Source: Octopus sinensis (taxonomy: Eukaryota). Taken from it: a stretch of 24,885 nucleotides of DNA. Shown piece by piece: positions 10,815-21,861 of the stretch. Every line of letters starts with the position of its first letter. Positions within the stretch are counted from its first letter, which is position 1. Position numbers and translations under genes: made by a program. A model generated the notes under the pieces. It ran no database searches and was not told where the DNA came from. It saw only the letters and a program-made list of their open reading frames with translations. The stretch covers positions 1-24,885 of the forward strand of contig NW_021836388.1 in NCBI RefSeq assembly GCF_006345805.1, in the 5' to 3' direction.

Positions 10815-10995
10815 GTCCTTGCTGTGCTCTCGAGTAACAAGGGCAGAAATCTGACATTGGTTTCTTCTTCCTGCGGTTTGCCCTGCATCCGGTCATGTGA
10901 TATTGATTTCTGCCATGTCGGTTATGAATGTTCTGTGTCATTCTTTTTTTCAGGTTTCCTCTCTTCCTTTTCCTCGCCGGTGGTGTCTATTTGAA
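10815..10995 (-). mobile_element. RTE-like LINE ORF C-terminal relic, copy 2
   Basis: Minus strand reads TPPARKRKRGNLKK..(frameshift)..HRTFITDMAEINIT*PDAGQTAGRRNQ. Shares tgctctcgag, ctgcatccgg..atgtgatattg and tcggtta.gaat with copy 1. Confidence 0.72.
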
Positions 10996-11491
10996 AGACT
11001 AAAACTCGATGGTCACATAATCTGGCCAGGAGAACAGCTTGCGAATGTATGTAGCATTGCCGCTCAAATCCTTTAAAGTATTAAATAGCTCTTCTGTTAA
11101 TCTGTTCATCCATTTTTCTTTCTCATGAAAGCCAACAAAAAAAAGGAAAATGTTGTTTATGTGCAAAACACTCATCGGAATGTAGTTGGCAATATAGTGG
11201 CCTAATATATACGTGAAAAATGTAAAATTGACATGGAGTATGGAGTATCCAACGTTGCGAAGAGAGGGCCTTTTTCAAGGTGAAAAATTACAGGAATGAA
11301 ATAAATGAAAGACAGCAGAATTTTGTATCCATTTGTTTCAGGAACGTGGCACAACGCAAGCCTCATACGTAGACAAGATATATGAAGAGAAACTTGGTGA
11401 GGGATATAGAAAGAAAGAGAAAGCAGCTATGTATGTACGGAGTAAGGTTGGAACATGTACACACACATATATAATATATATATCTTATATA

Positions 11492-11540
<49 letters not shown>

Positions 11541-11543
<3 letters not shown>

Positions 11544-11781
11544 CGGTGAGCTGGCAGAATCGTTATCACGCCGGGCGAAATGCTTTGTGGTATTTCGTCC
11601 GTCTTTACTTTCTAAGTTCAAATTCCGACGCGGTCGACTTTGCCTTTCATCTTTTCGGGGTCGATTAAATAGGTTCCAGTTACACACTGGAGTCGATGTA
11701 ATCGACTTAATCCCTTCGTCTATCCTTGCTTGTCCCCTCTATATTTAGCCCCCATATGGGCAATAAATAAAAAATAAATAA
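11541..11781 (+). mobile_element. tRNA-derived SINE family B, full length
   Basis: A-box-like TGGCAGAATCG, B-box GTTCAAATTCC, core gtcgactttgcctttcatc.tttcggggtcgat (resembles the MetaSINE domain, from memory), A-rich tail. Preceded by (GA)n and followed by (AT)n(GT)n(GA)n. Confidence 0.9.
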
Positions 11782-11784
11782 ATA

Positions 11785-11887
<103 letters not shown>

Positions 11888-12054
11888 GGAGGGAGAGAGA
11901 GAAATAGATAGATATACATATATATACAAATACACACACACGTATATGCCTTTGTCATACTGTATCAAAATAATAAGAGCCGCTCGATATTCTCAGATGC
12001 CGTCCCTTGCTTCTTCAAGACTAGAAAACATCAATATTAATGGATCAAGATGCT

Positions 12055-12185
12055 CCAACTACTTGAATGGCATCTTATTTTTTCGTTCCTGAAAAGATCT
12101 CGGCGAGATTTGAACTTAGGAACTTAAGCGGACAGAAGAAAATACCCCAAGGCGTTTGTCGGGTATTCTAACGATTCTCTGCCGA
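12055..12185 (-). mobile_element. Highly decayed SINE family B
   Basis: ctcggcgagatttgaactt...ctaacgattct matches the reverse complement of the family B head. Confidence 0.6.
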
Positions 12186-12449
12186 TCTAACGTCGAATGG
12201 AAACGCTAACGATAGTAAAGAAATAGATGTTGTTAGATATAATCAACCTTGACCTAGCAGACCCTTGAAAAAGTTTGCTCCAAATGTTGCTATCCTGTTT
12301 CGTTTTCTCTTTTTCTTTTTGTGTCAGTCTTATACAATATACCTGAGAGTACATTGTCCGATATGTCCTATTTTGAGAAATCAAGGAATGATTTTAAGGT
12401 GTTTTGGATGTTATCTACGCCAGCTCGATGTCGACATTATGGTTCTTTT

Positions 12450-12720
12450 GACAAATTAAGTAGCAGTTACGCACTGGGGTCGATGTAATCGACTTAATCC
12501 CTTTCTGTCCTTGTTTGACCCCTCTATGTTTAGTCCCTTGTGAGCAATAACGAAATAAGAAACGTTAGCACACCGGGCGAAATGCTTAACGGTATTTCGC
12601 CTGTCTTTATGTTCTGAGTTCAAATTCCGCCGAGATTGACTTTGCCTTTCATCCTTTCGGGGTCGATAAATTAAGTACCGGTTGCGTACTGAGATCGATC
12701 GTATCGACAGCCCCCCACTC
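12450..12720 (+). mobile_element. Head-to-tail SINE family B dimer (3' half 12450-12557, then 5'-clipped copy 12558-12720)
   Basis: The tail ...gaaataa is joined directly to gaaacgttagcacaccgggcgaaatg. Confidence 0.85.
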
Positions 12721-12785
12721 ACCACCACCACCAAGAAGAATCTCGAAAAGAATAATGTGTGAATGGAGCAATTACCATGTATTTA

Positions 12786-12817
<32 letters not shown>

Positions 12818-12829
12818 ATGTGTGTGTGT

Positions 12830-13052
12830 GTGTGCCTTTGTGTCTATTTGTCCCCACCACCACCACCACTGTTTGACACCATTGCTTGGTGTGCTTACGC
12901 CGCTGTGACTTAGCAGTTAAGCAAAAGAAACCGATAGGATAAGTACTGGGCTTAAAAATGAATGTCCTGGGGTTAATTTGTTTAACTAAAATCCTTCAAG
13001 GTGGTGCTCCAGTATGGCCACGGTCAAATGACTGAAACAATAAAAGAATAAA
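12830..13052 (+). mobile_element. SINE family A, 3' half
   Basis: Starts at the internal (GT)n and ends ggtcaaatgactgaaacaataaaagaataaa. Confidence 0.85.
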
Positions 13053-13149
13053 TACGAAAACATGCACTTCGTTTTAATATATATGCATGTGAGTATGTGT
13101 ATATATATCTATTATACATATGTAAATATCTGTATCTGTAGCTACCTAC

Positions 13150-13283
13150 CTACATAAATACATTCACACACACACACATACATACATACATACATACACA
13201 CACACATACATACATACATACATACATACACACACACATACATACATACATACATACATACATACATACATACATACACACAC

Positions 13284-13316
<33 letters not shown>

Positions 13317-13414
13317 CATACATACATACATACCATAAATACTTACATCCACACACATACATACCTACATACATACATACAACATACATACACACACACA
13401 CATACTACATACAT

Positions 13415-13445
<31 letters not shown>

Positions 13446-13554
13446 TACATACATACATACATACATACATACATACACACACACACATACATACATACAT
13501 ACATACATACACACACACATATACATACATACATACATACATACATACATACAT

Positions 13555-13589
<35 letters not shown>

Positions 13590-13660
13590 TACATACATAC
13601 ATACATACATACATACATACATACATACATACATACATACATACATACTTACATATATGC
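13150..13660. repeat. Compound (CATA)n/(CA)n microsatellite
   Basis: Directly visible; alternating blocks. Confidence 0.95.
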
Positions 13661-13704
13661 ATAAACAAATGCACACACGTGTGTGTATAAATCAACAGGT
13701 TTTT

Positions 13705-13865
13705 TTTTTATTCTCTCTGTTTATTTTCTCCTACTCCTTTCTGCTGAAGAGCGTAGGCTCGAAACGTAAAAGACTTTCACACTTTCCTGAGCGTTAAACT
13801 AATACATCTGCTTGTCGTTCATACACCTATCTTCGTCTTTTGTTTTTCTGTCTGTAAATTTCATC
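13705..13865 (+). mobile_element. Penelope-like element terminal (pLTR-type) fragment
   Basis: Carries ctgaagagcgtaggctcgaaacgt, a hammerhead-like motif typical of Penelope-like termini, and is followed by (AT)n. Family assignment is from recall. Confidence 0.55.
13737..13772 (+). ncRNA. Minimal type-I hammerhead-ribozyme-like motif (non-canonical core)
   Basis: cttt [CTGCTGA] a gagc-gtag-gctc [GAAA] cg [TA] aaag: stem I cttt/aaag, stem II gagc/gctc, palindromic ACGT in place of stem III, GUA cleavage triplet. Confidence 0.55.
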
Positions 13866-13867
13866 TA

Positions 13868-14003
<136 letters not shown>

Positions 14004-14484
14004 AAAGTCTGGTGGGTAGATATCAATTATATATAATAATTAAGAAATTTTCAACCGAAATTTTCATTTTCCATTATTGATGTATGATTAAAAGTAGAAG
14101 ATACGTATCAAATATTTGTGGTTTTATTTGCACTACTTACATAAAAGAGAATATCATACATTCGCACTGGCTGATCCTCTATCTACTTAACCTTTTTTGT
14201 TCCGTAAATACGAAAATATGAACTTTGTTTTAATATACATTCATTCATATTTATATAACACAATGCAGAAAGAGAGACAGGTGGGGAGAAGGAGAGAGAG
14301 AAAGAGAGGTAGGAGATAGAAAAAGACAGAAAGGAGGGATACTAAGAGGAAAAACAGATAAATACGCAAGGTGCGGCAAAGACCCTCTCATTCTTTTATA
14401 AAAATTTAAACAGCAAACGCGCATGCGCACCAGTCCAGATATTGATGGCATTTAAAACAAAAACGATACAACTTTTAAATGAGG

Positions 14485-14744
14485 GGAAGAGCGTGGCTTA
14501 GTGGTTAGAGTGTTGGACTCATGATCGTAAGATTGTGGTTTCGATTCCTGAACCGGGCGAGACGCTGTGTTCTTGAGCAAAACACTTCATTTCACCTTGC
14601 TCCAGTCCCTCAGCTGGCAAAAATGAGTCATCCTGCGACGTACCAGCGTCCTAGCCAGGAAGTCGGAGGTGGGATGTGTACGCCACAGAATCCAGGAAAC
14701 CGGCCCTCTGAGTCTATATGACACGGGTAGGAGTTTATACTTTA
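14485..14744 (+). mobile_element. tRNA-derived SINE family C (CORE-like)
   Basis: A-box TGGCTTAGTGG, B-box GTTTCGATTCC, core ttcttgagcaaaacacttcatttcac..tgctccagt, tail cctgcgacg...gaaaccggccc. Confidence 0.88.
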
Positions 14745-14809
14745 TCACTATCATTACGATCACCCTCATCCTCATCACCTCAACCATTACCATAAACCAG
14801 CAGTATCAC

Positions 14810-15063
14810 TGGCTTAGTGGTTAGGATGTTGTACTCATGATCGTTAGATTATGGTTTCGATTCCTGGACCAGGCGACGCATTGTGTTCGGGATTCTTGAG
14901 CAAAACTCTTCATTTCACACTGCCCCAGTTCACTCTGCTGGCCAAAATGAGTAATCCCGCGACGGAGTGAGGGACCGACGTCTACTCCAGGTGGAGGACA
15001 TATACGCCACGGAAACCAGAAAGCTGACCTTAAGAGTCTATCTAACTTGGGAATGACGTTTAT
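14810..15063 (+). mobile_element. SINE family C, second copy
   Basis: Colinear with 14485-14744 but clearly diverged from it. Confidence 0.85.
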
Positions 15064-15560
15064 CTCTTATTAGCTACATGAGGATACCATTACTATATGC
15101 CTATCTTCATTAACACCACACCGGGGACTTTGTAAAACATGTGAGGGTTTTTCCTGACGCACACTGTTCAAAGTTATGTAGGAGAATAGTTGAGAGATGG
15201 AAGGGTTAAATGGAGTAGAATATGGGAGAGTGTTGTTTAGTGTAGTAGGGAGCAGTAGCATGTTATTGCTGTTGTTGTTGGACAGTTAGAGGTCACCCCC
15301 TAAGATAGTCGGCCAACAGACTTATCTTCACAGTTATACTGTGTTTCTGGTAGGTAAGGACCATGCTATGCAAATCAACATGCAGAGACGAATTATGGGA
15401 TACATTGAACAAATTCCATTCTCTCCAACGTTAGCACTATACGTTGGCAAAGTGGACTTGGTCAGAGCGCCATTGTTAATGTTCCTCTGAATTTCTTGTT
15501 GGTGACGTCAATTCCATCACAGTTTTAGGGGCTAAATGGAGCTATTGATAATGTTACCGT

Positions 15561-15717
15561 TGGCTGTGTGGTAAGAGATTTGCTTCCCGACCATGCTGTT
15601 CCAGTTTCAGTCCCACTGCGTGGCATCTTGGGTATCTGTCTTCTACTACAGCCCTGGAACAACCAATGCCTTGCGAGTGGATTTGGAAGTCAGAAATTGA
15701 AAGAGGGTCGTCGTAGA

Positions 15718-15760
<43 letters not shown>

Positions 15761-15968
15761 TCTCTTCCACCATCACTTGACAACCAGTCTTGGTGTGTTA
15801 CGCCTCTGTAAATTAGGGGTTCGGCGAAAAGGACCCAATGCAATAAGTACCAGTCTGTAAAAGCAGTAAGTACTGGGGTTCGATACGTTCGACTGAAATT
15901 CATCAATGCTCCGGTGTTCCAGCATGGCCGCAGTTTAATGACTGAAACAAATAAAAGAATAAAAGAAT
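15561..15968 (+). mobile_element. SINE family A, diverged
   Basis: tggctgtgtggtaag head, internal (GT)n, gcagtttaatgactgaaacaaataaaagaataaaagaat tail. Confidence 0.88.
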
Positions 15969-16296
15969 TATTAATGCTTCCTTCTCTTAACCAAATATGG
16001 TAGCTGTGATTGATTGTTGCTTGTTTGCACTCTGACTTGTTTTATTTACTACAATTATATGGGAAGAGGTGTAATTAATAAAGCTATAAACACACTCGAG
16101 TTGTTTGTTTATATTTCACGTGTTTTCGTTTTTCCGAAGCAGTGGCTGTTTGCTCATGTCTTCAAGAATAATTTTACACAACACCATTCACTGCGCATGC
16201 TTAATACTATGGTGATGAAACGACAGGAAAATCAATTCAAAGCTAAAAAATTAAAAATGCAAACATTTAAAAGTAATAACTTATTTTCATTTATAA

Positions 16297-16870
16297 AGTG
16301 GCGAGCTTGCAGAAACGTTAACACACCGGGCGAAATGCCTAGTGGTAATTCATCTGCCGTCACGTTCTGAGTTCAAAATCCGCCGAGGTCGACTTTGCCT
16401 TTCATCCTTTCGGGGTCGATAAATTAAGTACCAATTACGCACTGGGGTCGGTCCCTTCTGTGTTTAGCCCCTTGTGGGTAGTAAAGAAATAGGTATTTCG
16501 CCCGTCGCTATGTTCTGAGTTCAAATTCCGCCGAGGTCGACTTTGCCTTTCATCCTTTCGGGGTCGATAATTTAAGTACCAATTACGCACTGGGGTCGAT
16601 GTAATCGACTTGTTTGTCCCCTCTGTGTTTAGCCCCTTGTGGGTACTAAAGAAACAGATAAGGTGGCGAGGTGGTAGGATTGTTAGCACGATGAATAAAA
16701 ATGATTAATGGCATTTCGTCTGTCTTTACGTCCTAAGTTCAAATTACGCCGAGGCTGGGTTTTTTTTCCTTTCGGCTTTTGGGAGACGATAAAATAAGTA
16801 CCAGTTAAGCACTTGTGTCGATGTAATTAACTTAGTTTTTTCTCTGAAATTGTTGGCCTAGTACCAAACT
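16297..16870 (+). mobile_element. Three consecutive SINE family B units (16297-16491, 16492-16656, 16661-16870)
   Basis: Units 1 and 2 share a near-identical core and the variant aagtaccaattacgcac. Unit 3 is more diverged and has a different tail (gaaattgttggcctagtaccaaa). Confidence 0.9.
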
Positions 16871-16999
16871 GTGTTTAACAAAGGAAAGTGAAATATATAC
16901 AAACAACAATCGGCGTGTCTTTTATAGTCTTAATGTATCATGATACTTCTCAAATTTAACAATTTATAATGAACAATACCTGTGCTCCCATATAAAGGG

Positions 17000-17235
17000 A
17001 AAAGAGAAAATTCCCGTGTCGAATCTCATGAGGCCGGTTTCCGTGGAGCATATAAATCCCCCTCCTCCCTTGATGGTGGCGGGGGATGGTCCGTCGCAGG
17101 ATTACACTCTTCTATCAGCTGAGTGGACTGGAGAAATGTAAATTGAAGTGTTTTGCTCAAGAAAACACAGTGCGTTGCCCAGTCCAGGATTCGAAACCAC
17201 AATCTAACAATCAGGAGTCCAACAACTCTAATCAC
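17000..17235 (-). mobile_element. SINE family C, third copy
   Basis: Reverse complement of 14485-type sequence (ggccggtttccgtgg...aagtgttttgctcaagaa...ggattcgaaaccacaatct). Confidence 0.85.
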
Positions 17236-17254
17236 ATTATGGTTGGGATGATAT

Positions 17255-17434
17255 TGGTTTCAAATTTTGGCACAAGGCCTGCAAATTCGAGGAGGGGTAA
17301 GTCGATTACATCGACCCCAGTACTCAAATAGTAATTATTTTATCGACCCCGAAAGAATTTGAACTCAGAACATAAAGACGGACGAAATGCTTAGCAGCAT
17401 TTTGTCCGGTGTGTTAACGATTCTGCCAGTTTGT
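17255..17434 (-). mobile_element. SINE family B with internal deletion
   Basis: ggtttcaaattttggcacaaggcc tail; the junction cgaaag|aatttgaactc lacks the gatgaaaggcaaagtcgacctcggcgg segment seen in other copies. Confidence 0.85.
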
Positions 17435-17619
17435 CAATTTAATGGCTGAGATGTTATTGTTAACAAAGCGTGAGAATGAGGTTTATATGAGATAATCAGG
17501 TGTGGTGTTCTATAGGAAAACTGCGGTGGTTGATATGATGCGGACCCCGACCTAGGATGCAAAACTTCATCGAGGAACTTTCTAGTCCAGAAGACGAACT
17601 TGGAGTTAATTTCTAATGA

Positions 17620-18530
17620 TAGTGGGGCTGGTGTCATTGAAACAGGTGTTGGTGTGGCTATTGCTGGGGGCATTAGATCTTGTGGTTCTTATTGTGGTGG
17701 TGGTGGTGGTTTTGGTAGCGATGATGGTGGGGGTAGTAGTGGTGTTGGTGGGGGTAGTGGAGGTGATGGTAGTGGTGATGGTGGTGTTGGTGATGGTGGT
17801 GTTGGTGGCGGTGGTATTGTTGTTGGTGGTTTTGGTAGTGGTGATGCTGGTGTTGGTGGTGATGGTAGTGGTGATGCTGGTGTTGGTGGTGATGGTAGTG
17901 GTGATGGTGGTGGTAGTGTTGGTGTTGGTGGTGGTTGTGGCGGTGGAGGTGATGGTAGTGATAATGATAGTGGTGATGGCGGGGTAGTGGTGGTGTTGGT
18001 GTTGGTGTTGGTGGTAGTGGTGGTGATGGTAGTGGTGTTAATGGTGATGTTGGTGGTGGTTATGATGGTGGTACTGATGGTGGTGTTGGTGGTGGTGACG
18101 GTAGTGGTGTTAATAGTGGTGTTGGTGGTGGTTTTGCTAGTGGTGATGTTGGGGTAGCAGTGGTGTTGGTGCTGGTGCTGGTGGTTTTGGTAGTGGTGAT
18201 GATGGTGGTGATATTAGTGTTGGTGGTGGTGGTGATGGTAGTTGTGATGATGGTGGTGGTGATGATAGTAGTGATGGTGGTGGTGGTGGTGGTGTTGTTG
18301 TTGTTGGTGGTGGTTTTGGTTTTCGTAGTGGTAATGGTGGTAGTCACTGGCATTATTAGTAGTAGTCGTAGTGGTGGCGATGGTAATAACAGTTGTGGTA
18401 GTGGCGATGTCGATCGTAGTAGTGGTGTTGGTGGCTGTAATAGTAGTCGTTATATATTGGAATGTGGTAGTCATGTGGTGGTGACGGTGATGGTGGCGAC
18501 GGTGATATCCACAGGGTGGGTGATGGTGTT
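17620..18530. repeat. Degenerate (GGT/GAT/AGT)n tract
   Basis: Triplet low complexity, including a 30-bp tandem duplication ggtagtggtgatgctggtgttggtggtgat at about 17834-17893. Confidence 0.92.
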
Positions 18531-18594
18531 ACAGGTACTGAAAATATAAAGTCTGCAGTGATGGTGAGGGATTTAGCAAACATGATGGATGGTA

Positions 18595-18815
18595 AAACTA
18601 TCACCACCACCATCATCATCACCACCACCACCACCACCACCACCACCACAAACACCGCCACCACCATCGTCGTCATGATTGTCATTATCATCGACGTCTA
18701 CATCTACCACTACCACCATCATCGCCGTCGTCACCATCATCATCGTCTTCATCAATATAACCACCACCACCATCAATCATCATTACCATCCTTAACATCG
18801 TCATCGTCGTCGTCG

Positions 18816-18847
<32 letters not shown>

Positions 18848-18960
18848 TGGAACATCAACATTATCAACACCAACATCAACACCAACAACTGCATCAACAA
18901 CACCAGCAACAATACCAACACCATAACTGCAATTATTACCATTATCATCATCATCATCAT
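18595..18960. repeat. Degenerate (ACC/ATC)n tract
   Basis: Directly visible; opposite polarity to the preceding tract. Confidence 0.92.
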
Positions 18961-19289
18961 GGTGATTAAGAAAATGGCGGTAACGATGTCATAAAGAGGA
19001 CAATAGCAAGAACAATGGTTAATAATCGTTTCCAATAATCTTCTATCTATATCCACCCTCCCCGACGACACCCATTCCTTTCCCTCATCCTTCCACTCCA
19101 ATGCTATGAAACCCTCTCACTTAATCTTGTCCCCTTTCCACGTTTCCCTCATAACCACCACTACCACCACCCTTAACGCTTCACTCAGTTTTCGTCCATT
19201 CACTTATGCAATTAACCCCCTACATAGGCTTTGTTATATCATTTTATCCCTAACACAACGTAGACATTTATATAATGGACATAGGAGAG

Positions 19290-19463
19290 TGTATGTATAT
19301 GTACAAACATACGTGTGTATATCTGTATGTGTGTGTTGTGTGTGCGTGCGTGTGTATGTGGGTGCGTGCGTGTGTGTATATATATTGAATATATATATGC
19401 ATGTATGTGTGTGTGTATAGTCCTAAGTTTACACATGCACATGCATAATATAAATGTACATTA

Positions 19464-19501
<38 letters not shown>

Positions 19502-19604
19502 ATATATATATATATATATATATCTGCACATATATATATTTATATATTTATGTATACGTAAATATATATGTATGCACACACACACAGTTATATATTGTAT
19601 ATAC

Positions 19605-19651
<47 letters not shown>

Positions 19652-19655
19652 CGTT
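19290..19655. repeat. (GT)n/(AT)n compound microsatellite
   Basis: Directly visible. Confidence 0.9.
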
Positions 19656-20034
19656 AACGCAGGTGCACATAGGAATAAGAATGCACGAATGTATGTACAT
19701 TTAAATATTCATAGATATAATGACATGCTCACCCACAAGCACATTCACACATACGTACGTACAACCTTATAGACAGACAAATATACATATAAACAGGCGG
19801 AATGAGAGACAACGTGTGCAAAAGAAGGTGAGAAGGAGAGAGAGAGAGAGGGGAGGGGAAGAATATGAAATTAGAAGATATATAAGTGGGTAATAGAGAT
19901 AATGGGAGAGAGCGAGAGAGTCATAAATATTCATATATGCTCTATGCTCTCCTCTCTTTCCCGATGCAATTATGCTTAAAGGAGAGTTGGGATAGATACA
20001 GGGGAGATGGTGGCACGTATATGTCTGCATGTAT

Positions 20035-20280
20035 GTATATACTTATATATATATATAATATATATATATTAATATATATATATATATTATATATATATAT
20101 ATATATACACATTATATATATATATATATATATATATATGCATGTATAGGTACATATATGTAGATACACCCATATATGAATGTATATATACATATATATG
20201 TAGGTATGTATATATGTATATATTATTTTATTACTATATGATTGAACGCCGCCACGCAGCCATTTCCAAGTAAACATATA

Positions 20281-20341
<61 letters not shown>
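20035..20341. repeat. (AT)n-rich tract
   Basis: Directly visible; leads into the SINE array. Confidence 0.9.
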
Positions 20342-20560
20342 ACTCTTTACTCTTTTACTCTTTTACTTGTTTCAGTCATTTGACTGCGGCCATGCTGGAG
20401 CACCGCCTTTAGTCGAGTAAATCGACCCCGGGTCTTATTCTTTGTAAGCCCAGTACTTATTCTATCGGGCTCTTTTGGCGAACCGCTATGTGACGGGGAC
20501 GTAAACATACCAGCACCGGTTGTCAAACAATGCTAGAGGGACAAACACAAACACAAACAT

Positions 20561-20593
<33 letters not shown>

Positions 20594-20724
20594 CGACGGG
20601 CTTCTTTCAGTTTCCGTCTTCCAAATCCACTCACAAGGCCCGAGGCTACGGGTGCCACGCAGTGGGACTGAACCCGGAACCATGTGGTTGGTAAGCAATC
20701 TCCTACCGCACAGCCACTCCTGCG

Positions 20725-20760
<36 letters not shown>

Positions 20761-20976
20761 TCTTTACTCTTTTACTCTTTTACTTGTTTCAGTCATTTGA
20801 CTGCGGCCATGCTGGAGCACCGCCTTTAGTCGAGTAAATCGACCCCGGGTCTTATTCTTTGTAAGCCCAGTACTTATTCTATCGGGCTCTTTTGGCGAAC
20901 CGCTATGTGACGGGGACGTAAACATACAGCACCGGTTGTCAAACAATGCTAGAGGGACAAACACAAACACAAACAT

Positions 20977-21009
<33 letters not shown>

Positions 21010-21141
21010 CGACGGGCTTCTTTCAGTTTCCGTCTTCCAAATCCACTCACAAGGCCCGAGGCTACGGGTGCCACGCAGTGGGACTGAACCCGGAACCATG
21101 TGGTTGGTAAGCAATCTCCTACCGCACAGCCACTCCTGCGC

Positions 21142-21177
<36 letters not shown>

Positions 21178-21570
21178 CTCTTTACTCTTTTACTCTTTTA
21201 CTTGTTTCAGTCATTTGACTGCGGCCATGCTGGAGCACCGCCTTTAGTCGAGTAAATCGACCCCGGGTCTTATTCTTTGTAAGCCCAGTAACTTATTCTA
21301 TCGGGCTCTTTTGGCGAACCGCTATGTGACGGGGACGTAAACATACCAGCACCGGTTGTCAAACAATGCTAGAGGGACAAACACAACACAAACACAAACA
21401 TACACACACACACATATTATATATATATAATATATATACGACGGGCTTCTTTCAGTTTCCGTCTTCCAAATCCACTCACAAGGCCCGAGGCTACGGGTGC
21501 CACGCACTGGGACTGAACCCGGAACCATGTTGTTGGTAAGCAATCTCCTACCGCACAGCCACTCCTGCGC

Positions 21571-21607
<37 letters not shown>

Positions 21608-21824
21608 TCTTTACTCTTTTACTCTTTTACTTGTTTCAGTCATTTGACTGCGGCCATGCTGGAGCACCGCCTTTAGTCGAGTAAATCGACCCCGGGTCTT
21701 ATTCTTTGTAAGCCCAGTACTTATTCTATCGGGCTCTTTTGGCGAACCGCTATGTGACGGGGACGTAAACATACCAGCACCGGTTGTCAAACAATGCTAG
21801 AGGGACAAACACAAACACAAACAT

Positions 21825-21861
<37 letters not shown>

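Noticed and set aside
12240-12430. Possible very old dispersed repeat (ttgacctagcagaccc...gttttggatgttatct)
   Set aside because: Only a vague recollection of similarity; no second copy or termini in the window.
14418-14429. Perfect NRF1-type motif CGCGCATGCGCA
   Set aside because: Single isolated motif, with no CpG-rich promoter context or adjacent exon.
14485-14570. tRNA-like sequences (also heads at about 1430-1509, 11541 and 23899)
   Set aside because: They continue into SINE bodies and lack an intact cloverleaf; SINE heads, not tRNA genes.
15425-15447. Hairpin ccaacgt...acgttgg as a possible pre-miRNA
   Set aside because: The stem is only 7 bp and does not extend; expected by chance.
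17600-18157. 185-aa Gly-rich then Val-rich ORF
   Set aside because: Non-ATG start, the register shifts from Gly to Val mid-tract, several frames are open only because GGT repeats lack stops, and no splice support is evident.
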